From assembly GCA_948434855.1 (NCBI GenBank), contig CAOJFR010000001.1, positions 19,629 to 83,628 on the forward strand: a stretch of DNA of 64,000 nt, given 5' to 3'. The stretch is from an uncultured Clostridia bacterium (GTDB taxonomy: Bacteria; Bacillota; Clostridia; Christensenellales; UBA1242). Below the pieces are notes generated by a model that did not search any database, was not told where the DNA came from, and was given only the letters and a program-made list of their open reading frames with translations. This document shows positions 49,201 through 58,315 of the stretch, in pieces. A program made the position numbers and the translations under genes. The first letter of the stretch is position 1, and the number at the start of each line of letters is the position of its first letter.

Positions 49201-51115
49201 CGACAATGACCCAGCTTATGATTTTATTAGAATTAATACAAATATTTTAGATGATGATATTGCAGACATTTTAAATGCAATTACAAGAGAGGCAGGCGAA
49301 GATGTTGGCTCATATAAAATTAGCATAGACCAAAAACTTGTTCAAAACTATGTGTTAATAACAAAAGACGCAACCTTAACAATTTTAAAGAGAGATATTG
49401 TTGTTGTTGCTGACAGGGTTGTTACAACTTATGGCGAAGAAAAAGAACTAACTTTTTCTGCAGATAATATGATTTTTGGCGACACACTTTTGGGCAGTCT
49501 TTCAAGAGAGTCTGGTAAAAATGTGGGCACATATAAAATTAATATTGGCTCACTTTCTAGCAAAAATTATAATATCATAGACTTTGTTTCTGCTGACTAT
49601 GTTATTGAAAAAAGAGTTATTGATGTTGAAGCAATTTCATCAAACAAAACCTATGGCGAGGCAGACAATCTTGAATATAGCGTAACAAACCTTGCTTTTG
49701 GTGACACACTTTCAGGTAGCCTTTCAAGGGAAGCTGGCGAAGATGTGGGTGAGTATGCAATTACAATTGGATCACTTTCAGCAAGCAGCAACTATGAAAT
49801 TAATTTTGTTTCTGGAACATATCAAATTATTCCAGCAGAAATTGAAATTGTTATTGATAGCAAAGTTAAAATGTATGGCGAAGAAGATGAAATGTTAACA
49901 TATTCTGTTTCTAATGTAAATGCAAATTTGTTTAATTTAAAGCTTGTTCGTGAAGCAGGTGAAAATGTAGGAACTTATGAAATTAAGCTTGCAGATGGTC
50001 AAAATTTTAAAAATTATATTGTTGTTTCAGTAAACTATGCAAGCTATGAAATTGTAAAAGCAAAAGTTAATGCAGTTTTAAATAACAAAGAAGTAACATA
50101 TAGTGGCGAGGCTCATGCAATAGACCCACTTAGCATTTCAGGAATTGAAGAGTTTGAAATTGAATATGTTTATTATGATTTTGGCGAGGTTATGGGTGCA
50201 CTTCCTGTTGATGCAAGGGCTTATAGCGTTAAAGCAATTTTTGCAGGAAACGAAAACTTTGAAGCATTTGAAACAAATCTTGCAACACTAAAAATCAATA
50301 AAAAATTCCTTCCAATCACAATCACAAAACAAGAGTTTGTTTATGATGGTGAAGCAAAAGTTCCTGAGTTTAATGTTAATTTAGATGTAGACTTTATGCC
50401 TTATGCAGAGTTTGCTGATGGAAGTCTTCCAACAGAAATTGGCTCATATCCATTCACATTCAACTTAAATATGGGCAGTGGAAACTATTATTATGATGAA
50501 AGTGACGAGTTTAAGGCAATATGTGTGTTAAAAATTGTTTCACCATTTTCAAATTCAAACGGCAATGCTTCAGTTTCAACAAACAGCCCAAATTATTCTG
50601 GTGCAAAACTTCAAATTGTTGAAAATTCAGATTCAAGCCTAAAGTCAATTTTTAGTTCATCAGTTGATGGCAGAAGATGCATTTCAGTTTATTCATTCAG
50701 AAACACTGCTGGTTATGAAAACTATAATGACATTTTAACAATTTCAATAAAAGCAACAAGGGCAGGCAAAAATGTAGAGCTTTATCTTGTTGATAAATAT
50801 GGAAATGTAACACCGGTTTCTTATGAGCTTATTGATGGATATTATGTGCTTTCAGTAAACGACACTAACTCAAGCATTCTTGTTACAGTAACTGACAAAA
50901 CAGCCTTTTATTCAAAAATATTTATTTTTGTAATGGTGCTTGCAATCACATATTATGTTTCAAAAACAATCAGAAAACGTAAGAACAATAATTTCTTCAA
51001 CAAAAACACAAAGATGAGAAAAATTAGCGAAAAAGAATTTTCAGAAAACAAAGAAATTGTTGAGGCTCAAATTATAATGGATGAACCAGTAAGCATTGAT
51101 AGCTTTTTAAGTTAA
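46235..51115 (+). CDS. giant surface protein with Ig-like and at least 5 MBG-type repeats and a C-terminal TM anchor
   Basis: It has an aaggag RBS and a signal peptide. The MBG-like repeats follow the pattern YGE.D..L.YS.....GDTLSGSLSREAGEDVG.Y.I..G.L....NYEI.F. The C-terminus has TM helix IFIFVMVLAITYYV followed by a basic stop-transfer (KTIRKRKNN) and a 60-aa tail. There is no LPXTG motif. Confidence 0.7.
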   Translation: MKSKRFFRITIFGLIAALMLCTPFAMIKNTKSSSYAATSANHFTYSVQGQGQKLVLDSIVRDGNNGEYKLYLYSNGGIVTDIKNAFEVKKSHNYVTKFNTTENELSLRIDSASSAVNSNCQFISTINFSNNIIIAANAGFVAADASAFVSSSKDVYSFLGSDPAESVEMQFYIYNSNNTSSSVNKNTGYEVREDYKASPDQLSIGSSELINLSANTLELIFVSRYSKGGMTSSNNLKIKLPELVFRTTDLISPSLELSGGSDVWAKERVLSLTGSDNESGIYKVEVSKNGGEWETAVDFTENNTDLNLNSTGDFTLTENGTYRFRAVDNVGNVSAETTYIESHIDNIAPSIEVDNLTGFYNTKTLTFSANMLANDSLSQNTFNYVVSKDAAVVYSSELAAQNSFTAPENGEYTISFYATDEAGNASAEISYSLYFVDIDIDNFFTTNEVYFNANIIDGFSYSYEIVKDGLVISNSAFVNGSNSLTLSENGKYSLTFNFYAKSAENSYTILSKNIDIDNSLYHVTTSAVNGTITPSFSSPRASGMVLEFAPNEGYELYMLLVNGEAKIVDPDATSYIYELDKDLVFEAKFRKVISVSVSESYVYNYGNLDLIYESEISEKLINFEISDAEGNIISDISAYQFEVGTYLVSYSINTEEFGGRGSINIQILPKTVYVSNIVSVYKFAESGTTFVFESSESQANIYAKFYKNGVLSDFAEAGEYSYEFATDNKNFVVSCTGNAVIIPNITSVYDNVVVYDGNAQTLKFTGSMSDITLIFVEYYINGELITNPTNVGIYNAKFYYAPSSNIYEIETSEEFVLEITKRRIEVSVQSIEHEYDGTIPEPKYLVKNMADNENYDFQLICDLNVNVGNYEVKIERVPAGELLNYEIVYNDGFVKITKRTLTILATEGLTKEYSSVDPELTYSFVGGLLEGDTFSLTLTREAGENVGYYSILAKEFVAENYELNFISTKFQITKRLGFVSLKNYSKVYGDNDPAYDFIRINTNILDDDIADILNAITREAGEDVGSYKISIDQKLVQNYVLITKDATLTILKRDIVVVADRVVTTYGEEKELTFSADNMIFGDTLLGSLSRESGKNVGTYKINIGSLSSKNYNIIDFVSADYVIEKRVIDVEAISSNKTYGEADNLEYSVTNLAFGDTLSGSLSREAGEDVGEYAITIGSLSASSNYEINFVSGTYQIIPAEIEIVIDSKVKMYGEEDEMLTYSVSNVNANLFNLKLVREAGENVGTYEIKLADGQNFKNYIVVSVNYASYEIVKAKVNAVLNNKEVTYSGEAHAIDPLSISGIEEFEIEYVYYDFGEVMGALPVDARAYSVKAIFAGNENFEAFETNLATLKINKKFLPITITKQEFVYDGEAKVPEFNVNLDVDFMPYAEFADGSLPTEIGSYPFTFNLNMGSGNYYYDESDEFKAICVLKIVSPFSNSNGNASVSTNSPNYSGAKLQIVENSDSSLKSIFSSSVDGRRCISVYSFRNTAGYENYNDILTISIKATRAGKNVELYLVDKYGNVTPVSYELIDGYYVLSVNDTNSSILVTVTDKTAFYSKIFIFVMVLAITYYVSKTIRKRKNNNFFNKNTKMRKISEKEFSENKEIVEAQIIMDEPVSIDSFLS

Positions 51116-51148
51116 AAAAATCTAAGGATTATTCCTTAGGTTTTTTTT
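51114..51148 (+). terminator. intrinsic terminator after the giant gene pair
   Basis: Hairpin ctaagga-ttat-tccttag flanked by an A-run and a T-run. Confidence 0.75.
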
Positions 51149-51228
51149 AACAAAATATTATAAAAAAGCATAAAATATAACAAAACCCGACAAATAGTTA
51201 TGTTTATATAATTATAATAGTGCAATAC

Positions 51229-51257
51229 TTGACAAATATGGAAACTTTTGGTAATAT
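51229..51257 (+). promoter_or_regulatory. sigma-A type promoter
   Basis: TTGACA (51229-51234), a 17-nt spacer, then TGgTAATAT as an extended -10 (51249-51257). Confidence 0.5.
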
Positions 51258-51279
51258 ATGCACTGCAAGGAGAAAATAT

Positions 51280-51600
51280 ATGGACGAAATACCGTCAAAT
51301 TATAATATACCATTCTCAAAACTCAAAGAATATTTAAGTGGCTGGCTCACCATTGAGGAAAGGGATAAGTATGTTAGCAAAACAAAAAGGTGTCGTGAAA
51401 TTGTGAATAAGCTTCATCCTGAAGAAATTATGTTTTCACATAATTATGCCACTTCTGAAAATTTTTCAGAAGAAACGATTGTAGGAACAAAAGAAATAAA
51501 AGACCATTGTCTTTCAATGATGATAAATCAGATAATTGGCTTTGATATTGTTTCTGGAGATTATAATCCACCAGAAGAATGCAGAGAGCCAAGAGCATAA
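51280..51600 (+). CDS. hypothetical protein (106 aa)
   Basis: It has an aaggag RBS 7 nt upstream plus its own promoter and terminator. No motif was recognised. Confidence 0.5.
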   Translation: MDEIPSNYNIPFSKLKEYLSGWLTIEERDKYVSKTKRCREIVNKLHPEEIMFSHNYATSENFSEETIVGTKEIKDHCLSMMINQIIGFDIVSGDYNPPEECREPRA

Positions 51601-51609
51601 TTAAACAAA

Positions 51610-51638
51610 GCTGACCAAAGTTTTTGGTCAGTTTTTTT
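51610..51638 (+). terminator. intrinsic terminator
   Basis: Hairpin ctgaccaaa/tttggtcag followed by a T-run. Confidence 0.8.
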
Positions 51639-51700
51639 ACTAAGCATTAAAATGCTTTGACTAAGAATTAAAATGTGTTAAACTTTGTTTAGAGGTAAAA

Positions 51701-52657
51701 ATGACAAAATATTTAAAAATACTAAAAAAAGCAAGTTCTGTCGCCATATTTTCGCACATCAGTCCAGACCCAGACACCATTGGCTCAACGCTTGCACTTA
51801 GAAGAATATTAATGTTAATGGGCAAAAGTGTTGATGTTTTTTGTAGCGATAACATTCCAGAAGATTACAATTTTTTGGATGATGCAAAAGCCTATAATGG
51901 TAAGCTGAAAAATTATGATTTGCTTGTTTCAGTTGATGTTTCAAGTTCTCAAAGGCTTGGAATTTATGAAGAAATGTTTTTAGGGCATAAAAACACAATA
52001 AAAATAGACCATCATCAAACAAGTGAGTCTTTTGGCAAACAAAATCATGTGAAAATTTGCAGTGCTTGTGCAATAATTATTAATGACATTGCAAAACAGC
52101 TAAAGGTTAAAATTGACCCAGTCACAGCATCACTTTTGTTTATGGCAATATGTGGAGATACCGGAATTTTTCGCAACAATAACACAGATGAAGAGAGCTT
52201 TAAAAATGCGGCAGAATTTCTTAGTGCTGGGGCAGATATAAGAAAAGTTTATTCAGAGTTTTTTGATAAAAAGCAGGCAAATTGGGTAAGATTCACATCA
52301 AAAATTCTTTTAAATGCAGTGCTTAATGACAAATATGGCTATGCTTTGTTGCAAGCCACAAAAGACGATTATGATGTTTTTGGAATTGACCCCAAAAACG
52401 ATAAAATAGCCAACATACCAAACAGTTATCTTGCCTGTGGCTATAAAGTTGCAGTGCTTTTAAAAGAAAAGGAAGATGGCATTCATATTTCGCTTCGTTC
52501 AAAAAATGAATATGATGTTTCTCAAATTGCAATGGTTTTTTATGGTGGTGGTCACAAAAACGCAGCTGGCTGCACAATACAAAAATCTTTAATTAGGGCA
52601 ACAAAAGAAATAACAAAGGCAGTAGAAAATTATTTAAAGGAGATAAAAAATGCTTAG
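51701..52657 (+). CDS. nrnA: DHH/DHHA1 phosphoesterase, NrnA-like oligoribonuclease/pAp phosphatase
   Basis: FSHISPDPDTIGS, VDVSS, KIDHHQT and GGGHKNAAG. Confidence 0.8.
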   Translation: MTKYLKILKKASSVAIFSHISPDPDTIGSTLALRRILMLMGKSVDVFCSDNIPEDYNFLDDAKAYNGKLKNYDLLVSVDVSSSQRLGIYEEMFLGHKNTIKIDHHQTSESFGKQNHVKICSACAIIINDIAKQLKVKIDPVTASLLFMAICGDTGIFRNNNTDEESFKNAAEFLSAGADIRKVYSEFFDKKQANWVRFTSKILLNAVLNDKYGYALLQATKDDYDVFGIDPKNDKIANIPNSYLACGYKVAVLLKEKEDGIHISLRSKNEYDVSQIAMVFYGGGHKNAAGCTIQKSLIRATKEITKAVENYLKEIKNA

Positions 52658-54326
52658 TGATATTGAAATTGCAGAGAGTGCAGAGTTATTAAATATTAAA
52701 GAAATCGCAAAAAAGTTAAATATAAGTGAGGCAGACCTTTCGCTATATGGTGATAAGGTTGCAAAAATAAAAAATTATCAAAGTTACATAAATTCTGGTG
52801 TGCAGGGCAAGCTTGTGCTTGTAACAGCCATGAGCCCAACAAAATTCGGAATCGGTAAAACCACAGTTTCAATAGGTCTTGGCGATGCACTTTCTTCTTT
52901 AAACAAAAAAGTGTGTTTGGCACTTCGTGAGCCATCGCTTGGGCCAGTTTTTGGCATAAAAGGTGGTGCTGCTGGTGGCGGATATTCTCAGGTTCTGCCT
53001 ATGGATGAAATTAATCTTAATTTCACTGGCGATTTTGATTCAATAACCTCAGCAAACAACCTTCTTTCAGCCATGATAGATAATCATATTTTCTTTGGAA
53101 ATGAGCTTGATATTGACCCAGAAAAAATTTATTTTCATAGGTGCCTAGATGTTAATGATAGGTCGCTAAGAGATGTAAAATATGACATTAGCTATAAAAA
53201 TGCAGCAGGAGAGAGTCAAACAATCACCAGAAAAGATAGCTTTACAATCACTGCAGCTAGCGAAATTATGGCAATTTGTTGTTTGTCTGAAAATTTAGAA
53301 GACTTAAAGCAAAGGCTAGGAAACATTTTGGTTGCCGAATGCAAAGAAGGCAAGCCAATTTACGCAAAAGATTTAAGGGCAGAGGGAAGCATGGCGGTTC
53401 TTCTCAGAAATGTGTTGTCGCCAAACTTGGTTCAAACCATAGCACACACTCCAGCACTTGTTCATTTAGGACCTTTTGCAAACATAGCTCATGGTTGCAA
53501 CAGCATTTTAGCCACAAAACTTGCACTTTCTGTGTCTGACTATTGCATAACAGAGGCTGGTTTTGGAAGTGACCTTGGTGCTGAAAAATTTCTAGATTTA
53601 AAATGCAGGTTAGGAAACCTCAGTCCAAATGCTGTTGTGCTTGTTGCAACAATTAGGGGCTTAAAGTTTCATGGCGAGGCAGAAACTGGTGAAAATGCTG
53701 CAGAGCTAGAAAAGTTAAGCCACGGCATGGCAAATTTATATCATCACATTAATACCCTAAAAAATACATTTGGTTGCAGCGTTGTTGTAACAATAAACAA
53801 ATTCATTTCTGATACAGATGAAGAAATTTCGTTTGTTATAAACCATTTAAAAGAAAATGGAATTAGCGGTGTAATTAACGAGTGTTTTGCAAAGGGCGGA
53901 GATGGAACAATAGAGCTTGCAAAAGTGGTTTTAGAAAATTTAACAGATAAAAAGATAAGCTTTGCATATAATTTAGAGGACACTATTGAAAATAAAATAG
54001 CCTCAGTTGTAAAAAATGTTTATGGTGGAAAAGGTATTGTTTTGTCTGAAACTGCAAAAACTAAGATTGAATTTATCAACAAAATTGGCAGAAGCAATCT
54101 TCCAGTAATTATTGCAAAAACGCAGTTTAGCTTAACAGATGACCAAACAAAACTTAATGTTGCGTCAGATTTTGAAATTTTTGTGCAGGACATAGAGCTT
54201 AAAAATGGTGCAGGATTCATTGTTGTAATTGCAGGAAAAATGATGCTTATGCCAGGCTTGTCAAAAGTTCCAAATGCTGAAAAGATAGATATTTTGCCAA
54301 ACGGAAAAATTGTTGGTTTGTCATAA
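52650..54326 (+). CDS. fhs: formate--tetrahydrofolate ligase
   Basis: MLSDIEIA..., SPTKFGIGKTTVSIGL, EPSLGPVFGIKGGAAGGGY and LVHLGPFANIAHGCNS. The start overlaps the nrnA stop. Confidence 0.95.
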   Translation: MLSDIEIAESAELLNIKEIAKKLNISEADLSLYGDKVAKIKNYQSYINSGVQGKLVLVTAMSPTKFGIGKTTVSIGLGDALSSLNKKVCLALREPSLGPVFGIKGGAAGGGYSQVLPMDEINLNFTGDFDSITSANNLLSAMIDNHIFFGNELDIDPEKIYFHRCLDVNDRSLRDVKYDISYKNAAGESQTITRKDSFTITAASEIMAICCLSENLEDLKQRLGNILVAECKEGKPIYAKDLRAEGSMAVLLRNVLSPNLVQTIAHTPALVHLGPFANIAHGCNSILATKLALSVSDYCITEAGFGSDLGAEKFLDLKCRLGNLSPNAVVLVATIRGLKFHGEAETGENAAELEKLSHGMANLYHHINTLKNTFGCSVVVTINKFISDTDEEISFVINHLKENGISGVINECFAKGGDGTIELAKVVLENLTDKKISFAYNLEDTIENKIASVVKNVYGGKGIVLSETAKTKIEFINKIGRSNLPVIIAKTQFSLTDDQTKLNVASDFEIFVQDIELKNGAGFIVVIAGKMMLMPGLSKVPNAEKIDILPNGKIVGLS

Positions 54327-54339
54327 TAGGAGAAAAAAA

Positions 54340-56034
54340 ATGAATTCAAAAAAATTAAATATTTTTGCGTTTGTCATGGTTTTTATTTTATGCGGAATAT
54401 CCATTTTTCTTGGGATAACTGCAAGGCAAAATAAGGGGCTCAGTTCATACGAACTTGCCATAAAAAATGGCATAATTTCAAGCTCAATGACAGAACTTGA
54501 ATACTTAGAGAGCCTGCAAGGCAAAAACGGCTCAAATGTGAGTGTGGAAGATATTTATAAAGAATATTTAAAGGTAAACAACTTAACTGAAAAAGATTTA
54601 AGCTATAAGCAGTTTATAACCACATATTTTCCAGATAAAATAATGAGTGAGTCAGAAACTGTTGGCAAAATAGAAAATGCAACTCAGACTGCGCTTCGTT
54701 CAACAGTGGATATTTGTTATAGCTACTACATGGACACAGAAACAATTTATGTTAACGAGGGAAAAACCTCAACTGGAGAGTCAATTTATTTGATTGATGA
54801 AACAAAAACTGGACTTGCTGAGGCAAATGCTGCAGCAGGGTCTGGAGTAATTTATCAAATGAACGATACCACCGCCTACATAATCACAAACTATCATGTG
54901 GTTTATATAGATAACTATACAAATAACAACAGCTATAGGGTTTATGCTAATGAAACAACAGGTTCATATTTCACAGCAACCTATGATGAATCTTTGATAG
55001 AAACCTATCAAACTAAATCAGCGCTATTTAGCGGAATTAAAAAGTCAAGCATAACCAAGGCACCAATAGAAACTCACTTTTTAAATTCTTATGGAATTTA
55101 TGTTTATGGCTATCAGTCAGAACAATATGAAATTCAAGCCACATTTGTTGGCGGCTCAGCCGATAACGATATTGCGGTTTTAAAGGTTGAAAAAAATGGC
55201 GGTGCAAACAATGCACTATTATTTAATGGCACATATAAGGTTGCGGATATTGAAAGTTCAGATAGTTTAAGAGAAGGTCAAACAGTAATTGCCGTAGGCA
55301 ATCCGCTTCTTCCAAGTGGAATAGAAGATAAGAACTATTCGGCAAAAGAGTTTGCAGATGCAGCAAAAAAAGCATATGTTGAATCGCTTGTGTTAACTTC
55401 AACCTCTGGCGAAATTAGCAATATTTCAGAAAATTGTATTTTTGAATCCATAATTGAATCAGGGGTTGCAAACAAAATGAGACTCATGAGAGTTTCTGCT
55501 GCAATAAATTCAGGAAACTCTGGCGGAGGGCTCTATAACACAGAAGGCAAGCTTGTTGGAATTGTAAATGGCAAAATTGCAAACGAAAAATATGATAATG
55601 TCGGCTACGTAATTCCAAATGAAGTTGCAATAAGGCTTGCTGATCAAATAATTGCACAGTGCAATGGCATAAAAACAAGAGTACAGGTAATAAGCTCTGA
55701 TTCGCTTGGCTTTGAAACAGAAAATGGCAAAAGCAATTCATATTATGATGCAGATAGCCTTGGATTTATAACAACCTATAGTGTTGTTACAAAAAACGTT
55801 ACAGGAATCTTAAGCTTAGCAGGAATCAAAAATGGAGATATAATAAAATCAATCACAGTTAATGGCAAAACATATTCAGTTAACAATTTTTATAATGTTG
55901 ATGATATTTTGCTTATGGCAAAACCAAATAGTGGAAGCATAACACTTAATATTTCAAGATATGAAGCAGGTAGTTTTAATAGTTATTCAAAAACAATAAG
56001 CTATAATCAGTCAAATTTCAGAGAAGTAATATAG
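54340..56034 (+). CDS. membrane-anchored trypsin-like (S1C/HtrA-like) serine protease with a C-terminal PDZ-like region
   Basis: It has an N-terminal TM helix and the catalytic triad contexts ITNYHVV (His), DNDIAVLKV (Asp) and NSGNSGGGLY (Ser). Confidence 0.75.
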   Translation: MNSKKLNIFAFVMVFILCGISIFLGITARQNKGLSSYELAIKNGIISSSMTELEYLESLQGKNGSNVSVEDIYKEYLKVNNLTEKDLSYKQFITTYFPDKIMSESETVGKIENATQTALRSTVDICYSYYMDTETIYVNEGKTSTGESIYLIDETKTGLAEANAAAGSGVIYQMNDTTAYIITNYHVVYIDNYTNNNSYRVYANETTGSYFTATYDESLIETYQTKSALFSGIKKSSITKAPIETHFLNSYGIYVYGYQSEQYEIQATFVGGSADNDIAVLKVEKNGGANNALLFNGTYKVADIESSDSLREGQTVIAVGNPLLPSGIEDKNYSAKEFADAAKKAYVESLVLTSTSGEISNISENCIFESIIESGVANKMRLMRVSAAINSGNSGGGLYNTEGKLVGIVNGKIANEKYDNVGYVIPNEVAIRLADQIIAQCNGIKTRVQVISSDSLGFETENGKSNSYYDADSLGFITTYSVVTKNVTGILSLAGIKNGDIIKSITVNGKTYSVNNFYNVDDILLMAKPNSGSITLNISRYEAGSFNSYSKTISYNQSNFREVI

Positions 56035-56037
56035 CAA

Positions 56038-56067
56038 AAAGGGCTTAAACTATTGTTTAAGCCTTTT
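56038..56067 (+). terminator. intrinsic terminator
   Basis: Hairpin aaagggcttaaac/gtttaagcctttt. Confidence 0.7.
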
Positions 56068-56175
56068 GTTTTTATAAAATCCTACAAATTTTGACAAAAA
56101 TACTCAAAAAATTGCAAACTCTTCTATTTTTTGCACCAGAAAGTGTGCTATGATTATTGCATGAGGAGGAAATTT

Positions 56176-56490
56176 ATGGAAATTAACTACTTAAATAAAG
56201 ACGATTCAGTTTATGCTGAACTTTCGGGTGAGTTAGATGAATATTCAGCTGAATACGTTCGCATTTCTCTAGACGACTTGCTTTCAGGTGGCTTAAAGAA
56301 CAAAACGAAGCTGGTTCTAGATTTTTCAAGAGTTTCGTTTATGGATTCAACGGGCATAGGAGTTTTGCTTGGAAGGTATAACAAGTTTTCAAAAAATGAC
56401 ATATCAATCTATATCAAAAATCCAACTTCATATGTAAACAGAATATTTGAAATGACAGGAATATATCAAATTATTCCAAAAGTATCTTAA
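56176..56490 (+). CDS. spoIIAA: anti-sigma-F factor antagonist SpoIIAA
   Basis: A STAS domain with SFMDSTGIGVLLGRY (phosphorylatable Ser). A gaggagg RBS precedes the ATG at 56176. Confidence 0.9.
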   Translation: MEINYLNKDDSVYAELSGELDEYSAEYVRISLDDLLSGGLKNKTKLVLDFSRVSFMDSTGIGVLLGRYNKFSKNDISIYIKNPTSYVNRIFEMTGIYQIIPKVS

Positions 56491-56501
56491 AGGAGAAGTT
56501 T

Positions 56502-56927
56502 ATGGCATACGATAATTATTTCAAACTAGAGATCTATGCAAAAAATGTAAATGAAAGCTTTGCAAGGGGCGTAGTTGCACTTTTTGCCTCAGAACTCAAA
56601 CCAACAATATCAGAGATAAATGACATAAAAACAGCAGTGAGTGAAGCAGTAACAAACTCTGTTGTGCATGGCTATGAAAACAAAGGAGGAAAAATTGTTC
56701 TTGAGGCAGGCATAACGGGCAACACGCTAGATATTACGGTCAGCGATAATGGAATTGGCATAAGCGACATAGACATGGCTCTTCAACCATTTTTCACCAC
56801 CAAGTCTGAAGAAGAACACTCAGGAATGGGTTTCACCTTAATGGACTCTTTTATGAATAACTTAGAAGTAAAAAAGAACACGCCAAATGGGCTTATAGTT
56901 CATATGACCAAGGTGATAAAGGGCTAA
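56502..56927 (+). CDS. spoIIAB: anti-sigma-F factor / serine kinase SpoIIAB
   Basis: The HATPase_c motifs EAVTNSVVHGY, DNGIGI and SGMGFT are present. Confidence 0.9.
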   Translation: MAYDNYFKLEIYAKNVNESFARGVVALFASELKPTISEINDIKTAVSEAVTNSVVHGYENKGGKIVLEAGITGNTLDITVSDNGIGISDIDMALQPFFTTKSEEEHSGMGFTLMDSFMNNLEVKKNTPNGLIVHMTKVIKG

Positions 56928-57664
56928 TGGACGAATATAAGCCAATAGACCAAATCCAAACAAATGAACTAATAGAGAGGTCTAAGGCTGGTGATAGTGA
57001 GGCGACAGAAAAGCTAGTTAGTGGAAATTTTCCGTTAATAAAGGCAATCGTTAAGGGCTATTTAAATAAGGGCGTGGAATATGACGACTTATATCAAATT
57101 GGCTGTGTAGGATTTTTAAAGGCAATAAAAAACTTTGACCCAAATTTTGCCGTAAAATTTTCCACCTATGCTGTTCCAATGATTTCCGGAGAAATAAAGA
57201 GATTTTTAAGGGATGATGGCAGCGTAAAAGTTTCAAGGTCAATAAAAACATTGGCAATAAAACTTAAGGCATTTATTGAAAAAAAGAAGTCAGAAACAGG
57301 CGTCACGCCGTCTATTGATGAGTTAGAGGCAGAATTTAAGGTAGAAAAAGAAGATATTGTCATGGCGCTAGATTCTCAGCAGCAAACAGTATCACTTCAG
57401 GCAAAGCTAGATGAAGATGACCCAAACAGCCAAAATGTGATAGATAAGCTTGTTGAAACAGACAAAAATGATGATATGCTTGATAAAATAATCTTAAAAG
57501 ACGCCATAATGTCGCTCCCTGAGAAAGAGAAGAAGATAATACTTCTTAGATATTATCGTGGAAAAACTCAGGGCGAAGTCGCTGAAATGTTAGATATTTC
57601 GCAAGTGCAAGTTTCAAGAATAGAAACAAAAATAATAGAACAATTAAAAAAGAAATTAATATAG
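56927..57664 (+). CDS. sigF: sporulation sigma factor SigF
   Basis: Sigma-70 regions 2-4 are present (DLYQIGCVGFLKAIKNFD, STYAVPMISGEIKRFLRD, GKTQGEVAEMLDISQVQVSRIE). The start overlaps the spoIIAB stop (TAATG). Confidence 0.9.
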   Translation: MDEYKPIDQIQTNELIERSKAGDSEATEKLVSGNFPLIKAIVKGYLNKGVEYDDLYQIGCVGFLKAIKNFDPNFAVKFSTYAVPMISGEIKRFLRDDGSVKVSRSIKTLAIKLKAFIEKKKSETGVTPSIDELEAEFKVEKEDIVMALDSQQQTVSLQAKLDEDDPNSQNVIDKLVETDKNDDMLDKIILKDAIMSLPEKEKKIILLRYYRGKTQGEVAEMLDISQVQVSRIETKIIEQLKKKLI

Positions 57665-57666
57665 AG

Positions 57667-57693
57667 GGTGAAAACGAAAGTTTTCACTTTTTA
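57667..57693 (+). terminator. intrinsic terminator after sigF
   Basis: Hairpin gtgaaaac-gaaa-gttttcac followed by a T-run. Confidence 0.8.
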
Positions 57694-57740
57694 TTTTGCA
57701 AGTTAAATAAAATTATTAGTTTTAATATTGCATAAAAAAT

Positions 57741-57766
57741 AAAAAAAGACCAAAATAATTTGGTCT
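57741..57766 (-). terminator. intrinsic terminator of the minus-strand XRE gene
   Basis: Hairpin agaccaaa/tttggtct with the T-run on the minus strand. Confidence 0.7.
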
Positions 57767-57772
57767 TTAAAA

Positions 57773-58018
57773 TTAATCAATATCTAAATTTTCTCTTTTA
57801 AATAAGGCATCATCAAAAAATTCTTGCAAAGTCGTTCCTAATCCATCGCAAATTTTGATGAGTGTCAAAAGATTAATGCCTTCATAAGTTTCATTCATAA
57901 TATTTCTTAAGGTTGATTCAGTTATTCCTGCGTTCTTACAAAGCTTATATTGGGTTGAAACCTTATTTTTAACCATTAAATTACTAATTCTTAGTGCTAT
58001 TGCTCTTTTTAATGTCAT
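57773..58018 (-). CDS. XRE-family HTH regulator (81 aa)
   Basis: The ATG at 58018 follows an agagg RBS. The HTH reads STQYKLCKNAGITESTLRNIMN. Confidence 0.7.
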   Translation of the reverse strand: MTLKRAIALRISNLMVKNKVSTQYKLCKNAGITESTLRNIMNETYEGINLLTLIKICDGLGTTLQEFFDDALFKRENLDID

Positions 58019-58065
58019 ACAAAAACCTCTATATAAATAAAGTTTACCAAAAAACAAAAATTAAA

Positions 58066-58087
58066 ATACCGCTTAATTAAGCGGTAT
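58066..58087. promoter_or_regulatory. perfect 22-bp palindrome upstream of the XRE gene (operator or leader hairpin)
   Basis: ATACCGCTTAA|TTAAGCGGTAT lies 48 nt upstream of the start codon. On the minus strand a T-rich tract follows it. Confidence 0.35.
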
Positions 58088-58315
58088 ATATTTGACATGT
58101 AAATATATAATAAATTAAAATCAAAAATAATTAACGTGCAAAAAAATTTAGTATTTAAAAATAGCAGTCATAAATAAAAAAGTGACACCATAAAATTAAG
58201 TATAGAAAAACTAAATAGACCACATTCGACACTTTTAAATAGCATTCATCAAATAAGCCTAAAATAATTTTTGCAAAAAAGTAACATGGTTTATTAGAAT
58301 ATAGGAGTATTTTGT

